From contig CAZLLO010000004.1 in assembly GCA_964560525.1 (NCBI GenBank), positions 530 to 64,529 on the forward strand: DNA of 64,000 nucleotides, in the 5' to 3' direction. This DNA is from an uncultured Candidatus Saccharibacteria bacterium. Its GTDB lineage: Bacteria > Patescibacteriota > Dojkabacteria > SC72. Of the stretch, positions 9,849-18,700 are shown one piece after another (position 1 is the stretch's first letter; each line of letters begins with the position of its first letter). The notes under the pieces were generated by a model that was not told the DNA's origin, searched no databases, and worked only from the letters and a program-made list of their open reading frames with translations. Made by a program: the position numbers and the translations under genes.

Positions 9849-10746
9849 TCTTATTTCTAAGTAAATTTATAACATTTTGCGCAACTGCCTGGATCATTGG
9901 AATTGCGACACTATTGCCAAGTTGTTTCATTGCCTGTGCTTCTGATACTGGAAATTCAAATGTGTTAGGGAACCCTTGCATCTTTAATCCTTCTTTCGGG
10001 GTTAATCTTCTTTCTTTACCATTTACAAGATAAGTGTCCCAATTTCTTCTATCGTGAAGTCCAGAGCCACGACCGCCAACTCTTAAGGTGAATCCTATTT
10101 TCTTAGGGCATTCTCCTTCAAAAATATCTGACATTGTATATTTTAGAGGAACTGGTTTAGGAAATTCAAACTCAATTGATTTGTCTTTGAACCCTACCAT
10201 TAATAATCTATGCCTGTTTTGTGGTATACCATAATCACTGGCAGCAAGAACTTTGTAATAGAAAGAATACCCCATCTCTTCTAAGATATCTTTCATTCTT
10301 AATAACGTTTGACCATTCTGATGGAGGAATAAGCCTTTTACATTTTCTAAAATAAAAGCTTTTGGCTGTTTTACTTTTATTATTCTGGCAATATCAAAAA
10401 ATAATGTGCCACGTGTGTCACCAAAACCCTTTTTGAATCCAGCAACACTAAAAGGTTGACAAGGGAAACCAGCGCAAAGGATATCAAAATCAGGAATTTT
10501 ATTCTCATCAACCTTGGTAATATCTCCAGCAAATTGCTCATCATTAAATACTTCTGGCGAAATCTTTTTGAAATTAGTTTTGTAAGTTTTACGAGCATAT
10601 TTATCCATTTCACTAACATATACACATTTTGCGCCAACATTATGAAGAGCTAGGTGAATACCACCAATTCCAGCAAATAGATCTATGAATCTTAGAGGTT
10701 CGTTTTGTTTATCTGTCATAAATTTAATTCTATCAGTTACGTGCAT
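9832..10746 (-). CDS. DNA (cytosine-5)-methyltransferase, type II R-M system
   Basis: Motif I FIDLFAGIGGIHLAL (FxGxG), motif IV GFPCQPFSVAG (PCQ), motif VI ENVKGL (ENV), motif VIII QNRHRLLMVG, motif X GNSVAIPMIQAV. Confidence 0.85.
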   Translation of the reverse strand: MHVTDRIKFMTDKQNEPLRFIDLFAGIGGIHLALHNVGAKCVYVSEMDKYARKTYKTNFKKISPEVFNDEQFAGDITKVDENKIPDFDILCAGFPCQPFSVAGFKKGFGDTRGTLFFDIARIIKVKQPKAFILENVKGLFLHQNGQTLLRMKDILEEMGYSFYYKVLAASDYGIPQNRHRLLMVGFKDKSIEFEFPKPVPLKYTMSDIFEGECPKKIGFTLRVGGRGSGLHDRRNWDTYLVNGKERRLTPKEGLKMQGFPNTFEFPVSEAQAMKQLGNSVAIPMIQAVAQNVINLLRNKNDNSK

Positions 10747-10976
10747 AGTCTTAAATAGGCGATGCTAATTATCTTGATAACACAGTCGTTCTATTCTCAT
10801 ATAGTATTTATATCTAGACTTGTAGGGGTTATACCTAACCGCTTTAATAAAGAGCCGAGGCTTAGCAACCTTTTCATGATTTGTTGCAAAATATTTTCAG
10901 GCTGCTCACTTTTCATCCTCTAGACTTATCCACATCCTTACCATATAATTATGTATTAATCTAACCCACTATCCCT

Positions 10977-12284
10977 ATGTCAGAGAAGATAGGATTTGTG
11001 AGTAACGATATTAATTCCCAAACTACCCAAACAGATCTGTATTCAAAAGAGCTCATATTCAATGGAGCTTTACGTTTCTTTGCACACCCAAGTAAGGATA
11101 TAGATAGAAAATCATTTAAGATAGCTAAAACGGTACTCTCAGAAATAGAGACTTGGGAATTGGAATATGGTAAAAAGAATTTCTCCAAACTGAAAAACAA
11201 TGCAATATTAGTAGCGTATCTCTCATACAAGTTTGGTGAAATAGTAGGATTAACACAGAAGGAGCTTTCTAACGTATATATTGCAGGGCTAGTACAAGAC
11301 ATAGGTAAAACATACATGTGTGGTGGTAACAAAGCTCTTGCCTATGAATATATTACTTCTCCTCTTAAGAAAGGTGAGAAAGGGTTTGAGAAGATTCTTG
11401 AAGCTCTAAAGCTATACCCTGTTCAAACAAAAAAATATTTACAAGCCAGAACAAAATTAAACTTTGAGATTGTAGAAACTGCATTTAACTACCATTCTGT
11501 CTACAGTAATCTATTTAAAGAGGGTTATCCAGGAACGGACAAAACCATATCTCAACTTGATACTGTGCTATGGTTTGCAGATAGCTTAAGCGCTATATCC
11601 TTCAGCAGTATCCCACAGTTACAGAGAAACTATAGCAAGGATAGGTATGTATCTTTAATGGAGGCTTTGGATTTGCTAAGAGAACAAACAGAAGAGAAGC
11701 TTCCTAAATTTTGGAACAAGACATCGGGTGTTACATTAATGAGCTTGGTATTTACAATGGTAATGGGTATGGCATCTACTAGCAAGATACATGCTGCAGG
11801 ATATACTTCTGATCAAGTTGTTACACTAGCAAATGAATATAGAGAACAACAGGGGTTAAAACCATTAACTGTTGATGAAAAGTTGGCTAAGGCTGCATAT
11901 GACAAAGCAAAAGATATGTTTGAAAAAGGCTATTGGGATCACTATGGTCCTAATGGTGAAACTCCTTGGCAGTTCATACGTGGTGAGGGTTATGAGTATT
12001 CATATGCTGGTGAGAACCTAGCAAAAGGCTTCTCCGATGTTGAGCAGCTAAACAAAGCATGGATTGAGAGTCCTGCACATAGGGATAATTTAGTAAAGCC
12101 AGAATATACAGGTATTGGTGTGGCAGTTATGGATGGTACTTTAGATGGTCAGGATGTTACATTGGTTGTTCAGATATTTGCAAAAGAGAAAACTAATACA
12201 GAGAATGCAACTAGCACAGAGAAGAATATATTTGATAGTTTTAGAGATTTCATAGAACGTATTAAGGAAGAATTAAAGGTGTAG
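10977..12284 (+). CDS. Membrane protein: N-terminal degenerate HD/HD-GYP-like domain, single TM, C-terminal CAP/SCP (YkwD-like) domain
   Basis: HD-domain-like block AILVAYLSYKFGEIVGL...AGLVQDIGKTY (His replaced by Gln in the LLHDIGK position) plus YHSVYSNLFKEGYPG (GYP-like). TM VTLMSLVFTMVMGMA. C-terminal CAP block YWDHYGPNGETPWQ...AGENLAKG...WIESPAHRDNLV...GIGVAV. Confidence 0.55.
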   Translation: MSEKIGFVSNDINSQTTQTDLYSKELIFNGALRFFAHPSKDIDRKSFKIAKTVLSEIETWELEYGKKNFSKLKNNAILVAYLSYKFGEIVGLTQKELSNVYIAGLVQDIGKTYMCGGNKALAYEYITSPLKKGEKGFEKILEALKLYPVQTKKYLQARTKLNFEIVETAFNYHSVYSNLFKEGYPGTDKTISQLDTVLWFADSLSAISFSSIPQLQRNYSKDRYVSLMEALDLLREQTEEKLPKFWNKTSGVTLMSLVFTMVMGMASTSKIHAAGYTSDQVVTLANEYREQQGLKPLTVDEKLAKAAYDKAKDMFEKGYWDHYGPNGETPWQFIRGEGYEYSYAGENLAKGFSDVEQLNKAWIESPAHRDNLVKPEYTGIGVAVMDGTLDGQDVTLVVQIFAKEKTNTENATSTEKNIFDSFRDFIERIKEELKV

Positions 12285-12294
12285 ATGGTATACT

Positions 12295-12933
12295 TTGAGT
12301 ATGCTAGATCAACAAATCTTAAATGAATACAACAGACTTCAGAATATCCATGGTGAACCAACTTTAGATCCCATTATTAGTGGTGGTCAGTATATCAATC
12401 CCGATATTTGTTTCGTCTTTATGAACCCTACTGGACGTAATGTCGCAGCCGAGAAATCTTGGGCATCAATTAAATCCCCATGGCTTGGTACTAAGAATAT
12501 ATGGAATATATTTTCTAAATTAAATATGTTAGACGAAATAGTATTCACAGAAATACAAAAAAGAAAACCCAAAGATTGGGATTATGATTTTGCAAATAGG
12601 GTATATGAGGATATAACCAAAAGAGGGATATATATTACTAATTTAGCTAAGTGTACACAGATTGATGCAAGGCCATTACCGAATAGTGTGTTTAAAGAAT
12701 ATTTAGATCTTTTATTTATGGAATTAGATATTGTTAAACCTAAAAAGATTGTTACATTTGGGAATCAGGTGAGTAGTATATTCTTAGATACAAATATATC
12801 TGTATCAAAGGATAGGAAGAAGGTGTTTATGCATAATAATATTCCTACATTACCTGTATATTATCCTGTGGGTCAGGGTAGAAGGAATATGGATCTTGCT
12901 GTAGAGGATATTGAGTGGTTTATGAATAACTAA
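12295..12933 (+). CDS. Uracil-DNA glycosylase superfamily protein (family not assigned)
   Basis: Beta-strand plus xxNPG motif ICFVFMNPTGRN near the N-terminus and YITNLAKC mid-protein resemble the UDG/MUG/SMUG fold. The C-terminal motif is atypical (YYPVGQGRRN). Confidence 0.4.
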   Translation: MSMLDQQILNEYNRLQNIHGEPTLDPIISGGQYINPDICFVFMNPTGRNVAAEKSWASIKSPWLGTKNIWNIFSKLNMLDEIVFTEIQKRKPKDWDYDFANRVYEDITKRGIYITNLAKCTQIDARPLPNSVFKEYLDLLFMELDIVKPKKIVTFGNQVSSIFLDTNISVSKDRKKVFMHNNIPTLPVYYPVGQGRRNMDLAVEDIEWFMNN

Positions 12934-14372
12934 AGATTCAGTATTACTCTTCCAACACCGTCTTCAACACCCTGTCCAAGATGTAATAGTGTTTGTTCAT
13001 CAAAATGTTTCCCTATGAACTGTATACCAGTAGGCATACCATTAGATAATCCAGAAGGAACTGTTAAACCAGGTAATCCAACCTCTGAGCTACCCTCTGC
13101 TAATACATCCGCTATTTCACCAAACAATGGATTATCTGCATCCTTGTCTCTAAGGGCTACCGATGGAGTAGTAGGAGCTACAATAGCATCATACTTACCT
13201 AATACATTCTCCAAATCTTCTCTAATTAACTGTCGAACCTGTTCTGATTTTCTAAAATATTCATCAGCATATCCTGCAGAGAGTGAGAATGTTCCAGTCA
13301 TAATTCTTCGCTTAGCTTCTTCTCCAAAACCTTCACCCCTGGTAGATTCGTAGAATATCTTTACATTTTCATTCCTGCTACCTTCTAAACCATATCTAGT
13401 ACCATCATATCTGGCTAAGTTAGAAGATACCTCGCTTCTACAAGTAATGGTATATACTGCCATCCCAAACTTAGGATCCATGATATGTACTTCTTCAATG
13501 ATTGCTCCTAAATCTTTCAATATCTTTATACTATTTTCAAAGTTCTTTCTAACCCCATCTTCAATATCTAAATCTAAATATTCCTTAGGTAATGCTAATC
13601 TCATTCCCTTTATCTTGTTTACATCCAATTGTGATAGGTAATCCTGTATTGGAAGTTTTGAAGATGTAAAATCATGTGGATCATATCCTGCGATTATACC
13701 TAACATATATGCTGCATCCTTAACTGTCTTAACTATTGGTCCTGGGCAATCTAGGGATGATCCCATTGCTAATACTCCATATCTTGGTACTCTTCCATAT
13801 GTTGGCTTTAAGCCTACAGTTCCACACCATGAGGAGGGTAATCTAATGGAGCCTGCTGTTTCAGTGCCTAGGGAGCCTGTACATAGGTCTGCAGCTATTG
13901 CAGCAGCTGAACCTCCACTTGATCCTCCGGGTAGTGTTTCTTTGTTCCAAGGGTTTCTAGTAGGTCCATAATATGATGTAACGGTGGATGATCCATGACA
14001 GAACTGATCGAGGTTGGTTTTACCAAGTATAATGGCTGATTCATCTAAGATTCTTTTAGTTACTGTTGATTCATATACGGGGGTATATCCATCTAGGATG
14101 TGTGATGCACATGTGGTTAAGATATCTTTTGTAGAGAATACATCTTTAACAGCTATGGGAATCCCAGCGAGTTTTTTGTCTTTTAATGTCTCAAAGTTGT
14201 TGTCAAAATCAGATGCTTTTTTTAGTGCATTCTCTGCATCTACTGTGATATATGCATTTAATTCTTTGTCTAGCTTGGAAATTCGTTGTAGGTAATAATT
14301 AGTTGCTTCTGTTGCGGATATTTCTTTTGAGAGTAGTTTTTCTCTGAGTTCTGTAATACTAAGATTTTCCAC
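12930..14372 (-). CDS. gatA: Glu-tRNA(Gln)/Asp-tRNA(Asn) amidotransferase subunit A (amidase signature family)
   Basis: Amidase signature GGSSGGSAAAIAADLCTGSLGTETAGSIRLP and overall GatA length of 480 aa. Confidence 0.85.
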   Translation of the reverse strand: MENLSITELREKLLSKEISATEATNYYLQRISKLDKELNAYITVDAENALKKASDFDNNFETLKDKKLAGIPIAVKDVFSTKDILTTCASHILDGYTPVYESTVTKRILDESAIILGKTNLDQFCHGSSTVTSYYGPTRNPWNKETLPGGSSGGSAAAIAADLCTGSLGTETAGSIRLPSSWCGTVGLKPTYGRVPRYGVLAMGSSLDCPGPIVKTVKDAAYMLGIIAGYDPHDFTSSKLPIQDYLSQLDVNKIKGMRLALPKEYLDLDIEDGVRKNFENSIKILKDLGAIIEEVHIMDPKFGMAVYTITCRSEVSSNLARYDGTRYGLEGSRNENVKIFYESTRGEGFGEEAKRRIMTGTFSLSAGYADEYFRKSEQVRQLIREDLENVLGKYDAIVAPTTPSVALRDKDADNPLFGEIADVLAEGSSEVGLPGLTVPSGLSNGMPTGIQFIGKHFDEQTLLHLGQGVEDGVGRVILNL

Positions 14373-14411
14373 CTGTTGTGTTAAGAATATATTAATTACT
14401 ATGCAATTCTA

Positions 14412-15002
14412 TCAAAGAATCCATAAAATTAGAATGGATATGGTTGCTGAAACTAGTGTCCCTATGATTGTTTGCATAGGAGTATGTTTTTTTAGAATTA
14501 CTCTGGATACTGCAATAAATGGGGTAAATATGAAGATGAGTGGTAAAAAATCTGCATATGGGAAAAGGAATAAAAGGGTGAAGAATAGTAGTGTGGAATA
14601 TGTCATATGACCACTCATTTTCCAATAAAGTGTAACTATGGTTAATACACAGGTTACAGTAAAGATAGCTAATGTTACTTGAGTTAAGATGGTATCTTTA
14701 AGTAGTAGGGTTAGAAGGAACAATATTAAATAGCTAATGGTGGTAATAGTGAAATATGGTGGTCTTTCTTCTCGTTTTGTAAATTCGTAATCAGATATCT
14801 TACCCATTTTTCTTAAAATGAAGAATGGGGCTATTGTTGCTGTAATGTACAAGAAAGGGAAAAGGATTTTGTAAAAAATATTAATATCTGATATCGCAAA
14901 TGCGATTGTTGGTGTAAGTATCATTGTAAAGAAGCCGTTGAATATCTCTGATACTATTCTAGATATTTTTGTCAGTAGTTTCTTGTTCATATATCCAACC
15001 AT
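14412..15002 (-). CDS. PAP2-family membrane phosphatase
   Basis: Polytopic membrane protein with the three PAP2 motifs: KREERP (KxxxxxxRP), MSGH (PSGH), SRVILKKH (SRxxxxxH). Confidence 0.55.
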   Translation of the reverse strand: MVGYMNKKLLTKISRIVSEIFNGFFTMILTPTIAFAISDINIFYKILFPFLYITATIAPFFILRKMGKISDYEFTKREERPPYFTITTISYLILFLLTLLLKDTILTQVTLAIFTVTCVLTIVTLYWKMSGHMTYSTLLFFTLLFLFPYADFLPLIFIFTPFIAVSRVILKKHTPMQTIIGTLVSATISILILWIL

Positions 15003-15053
15003 TGTAGCGTAGATGGGGGTATAAAAAAAGGTATGTTCTATGAACAGAGGAGA

Positions 15054-15737
15054 TTATTCTGTTGCTCTTGTTGCTATAACAATGGCTCTTTTCCAATTTG
15101 TACCTATGGGCCAGCACGACATTAATGTTAATGTATCTTCATCCATATACTTACCTAAATACTTGGTGTCTGTAGAATCAACTATTTTCGTTTCTAGAAC
15201 TAGATATTTATATATATCACTATTGTAGCTGATATATATTGGGTCACCATTTTCTAACTCATTTAGTAGATAGAAATAGACATTGAAATTGCGTTGCTCA
15301 TAGAAGTTTACAGCGGAATGGGCAAAAAGGAATGTATTTCCTGTTTGATTTGGTAATGATGTTCCTTCTGCATGAGCGATTCCTTGACTTAATGCTGAGT
15401 TATATGCTTCTTTATCTACTGGATTTACATTGGAGATTACCTTTGCATTGGCTTTTATTTTTGGAATATATATTCCAAAATCTTTATCTACAAATATTGT
15501 TTCTGTTGACTTGGTAATTATTTTTGTGACCTCATTATTATCAGAAGAAATTTTAAGGGGGAGTGTTTCTTCCGAGGGTGTGAATACATAGCTGAAATAA
15601 GCGAAGATGAGGGGTTTGTATGTTACAAAAAGGAATGTACATCCAACGAATAGCAGGAGGATACCTACATAACGTAAGTATCCTCTTTTATTACTACTTG
15701 ATTTCGTTTCCTCTATTTCGTTTTCTTGCATAAACAT
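15054..15737 (-). CDS. Sortase family transpeptidase
   Basis: N-terminal TM anchor, conserved His region (FLFAHS), catalytic TLxTC motif (TLTLMSCWP) and downstream Arg (KRAIVIATR). Lies immediately downstream of an LPXTG substrate. Confidence 0.7.
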   Translation of the reverse strand: MFMQENEIEETKSSSNKRGYLRYVGILLLFVGCTFLFVTYKPLIFAYFSYVFTPSEETLPLKISSDNNEVTKIITKSTETIFVDKDFGIYIPKIKANAKVISNVNPVDKEAYNSALSQGIAHAEGTSLPNQTGNTFLFAHSAVNFYEQRNFNVYFYLLNELENGDPIYISYNSDIYKYLVLETKIVDSTDTKYLGKYMDEDTLTLMSCWPIGTNWKRAIVIATRATE

Positions 15738-18700
15738 ATGAGATACTGATTATTGTTATTGCTCCCACCCCTATTAAAACATATTTTAACCAGCTCCATA
15801 CGTTTGATTGAGTTTCTTCATCAGTTACACCTTTGACCTCTTCGTTTGTATTTGTGTCTGTATTATCTTCTGTAGTTTCGGTACCTTTTACTTCTTCTAC
15901 AGGGACTACTGTTGGCGTAACTGGTGTGGTAGGTGTTGCTGGAACTATTGTAACTACAACAGTTTTATCTGTAACAAATGTAGATGTGTTATCTGCAACG
16001 TCTAATGCTCTTACTGCATAGAAGTAGGTTTGTCCACATACAGGCTGTGTATCAGAATATGTAACTAATTGATTTGGTCCTGCAACTATTTCTTTTATCA
16101 ACGTAGAACTGTCCGCTGTAAAGGTTGCTTTGTCAGATCTGAATATTTGTACTTTTGCTGTCTGTCCATCATTTGCAGTTGTGAATTCCAAATTATTTGT
16201 ACAACTTGCTGTTGTTTTGGTGTAATTCAATACTGGAGATGGTTCAACTAGATCTATGATGACTGAAACTTTGTCAGAAGTTACTTCATCTGCGCCTGCT
16301 TTTGCTACTACATAGAATTCATATGTTCCATCTGAAGTTACTACAGAGCTATCAACTACACAGTTTCCACTATTTCCAATTGTATTCAATGTATACTCTG
16401 GACCAAAAGCGCCATGAGTTGTTTCGTAACATTGCACAGTAATACTTCTTGATTGAATATCTAATGCTACAAATCCAACCTCGAAGCTTGATTCGCTGTA
16501 TGGTGTTTTTGGTTGTTCAATTTCTACGGCTAGGTCGCCAGAATCTGCATATGCTCTTGTTGGCATTACTAAAGAAGTTATACCAACTAATGCAACTACT
16601 AAAAGACCTAGAACTTTCATCATTTTCTTTTTCGGACTAAATATTATGAATGCAAGACCAAGTAACATTGTACATATTGCGCCAATTGTTAATATTGTGC
16701 TTGCACCTGTATCTGGGAGTGTTTGTTCATCTGTTATACCAAGAACTTGCCCTTGCTCAACTGGTTCAGTGATGTTAACGTCTGTGCTTGCAAAGAATCC
16801 TGTTGCTGCACTTCCCAAAGTTCTGTTATCAGTTAGGGTTACTCCCTCTGTCCATGCGAGATCTTTGTACTTTCCTGCGTCTAATGTGTCAGAGATATTA
16901 CCAACATATGTCAGTGTTATAACTTCTCCTTCAAGCATCTTCCCAAGATTCCATTTTCCTGGGCTTGCATAGGTTGGTTCGGTCGTTATACTTTGTGCTT
17001 TCAAATTACCTCTAATATTGGAAATTGCTGTCCATGAACCTACTTGGTATTTGATACCGGCAGGTGGAAGATCTACAACTTTTACATTTTCAATTATATA
17101 ATTTCCACCATCATCTTGTGATTCAGGTGCAGTTACGATCAAGGTGTAAAGGACATTGCTTCCTGCTACCAAGCTTACGCCACCAGCATTATTTGCTTTT
17201 GCTATTTGTAATTCTGGTACAATTATTCGGTTTGTACATACTACTTCAATATTTTCGCCATTACCGACATAGAACGTACCGGTTCCCATAAGTGATGGTC
17301 TTTCATTTATTACATGACATCCTAGTGAAAGGAATCCATCTTTTTCTAGCTCATTTATAGAGTAAGGACCTGCATCTAAGTTACTAAATGTAGCTACCTT
17401 ATTATTTGAGGCATCGTTTGTATCACTAATGGTTTGTATATTTGTAAGATCATTATTTAGTGTTACATTGAATTCTGTATCAGAGTAGACACCTTCACCA
17501 ATATAGTCTGCGTTAACAACATCCTTGTACACTGTTATGGTTCCTGGCTGAGCTGTATTTGTTATTGTACATGTAACATCATCTTCTGGTGCCAATGTAA
17601 CCACGTTTCCATTGAGAACGCCTTCTTTATCACATGACCATTGTGAAGCAGTGAATCCATCAGGTCCTTCTTCAGAAAGTGTATATGTTTGTCTTGGTGT
17701 TACTACATGGAATGCTCCTTCATCTCCTACAGCTGAGAATCCATATCTGTCTCCTGTTGCACTTAATATCCAATTGCTTGAAAAACCATCTGAATTGTAT
17801 GCATTTTCAACAGACTTCACTAATTTCAAAGTAGGGACATATGTTAGAGAGACATTTGCTGTTGCTGAAGCACTGTCTGTATTCTCTTCATCATCCATTA
17901 CTGTTGCAGTAAATACGTTAGTATGTATTGCTGGTGCAACACCTGCTGGGACTGAGAATGTATGTTCGAATGAACAACTTGAATTTCCTGCTAAGACTGT
18001 TCCTACGTTACAATCTAAATCTCCTGTTAAATCTCCGAATTTGTCATCAACTAAGTCCATAATCATTACACTTTCTGCAGTATTGTTTTGTATTGTGAAT
18101 GTAAATAATACATCTGCACCTGTTTCAGGTACCGATTCCACAGAAGCAGTCTTAGTTACAGTGATATCTGGATTTACATTGTAGAATGAGATAACCTCGT
18201 TGTCATGATTTCCAGTTGTATTTGTTTCATCATCTTGAGCTTCTACAACAAAGACATTCTCATGATCTGCACTTCCTGCATCTCCAGAGATGAACTTTGT
18301 AAGAGTGAATGAACATGAAGCATTTTGAGCTAATGTTGTTCCTACTTTACATGTATCATTTCCATCAAGAGTACCAAATACACTATCGTTGAGGTATGTG
18401 ATATTTACACTTTCTGAGCTTGTATTCTTTACAGTATAAGTGAATGTTACATTCTGACCTGTTTCAGGGATATCGTTATCATTTGCTGTTTTATTTACTT
18501 CAATTGTAGGAAAGTGATCTATATCTGTATTAGTAATTGTACATGTCTTAGATTCTCCGATTCCTATTGTTCCAGAACAGTTATTTCCTATGGATTGTGT
18601 ATAGTTACTTGTGTTGTATAGCTCTGTTACATTATATGATCCTGCATTTAGTGTTAGGGTTGTTCCTGCTTCGGATCCCGCAAAAGATGGGTTAGAAACG

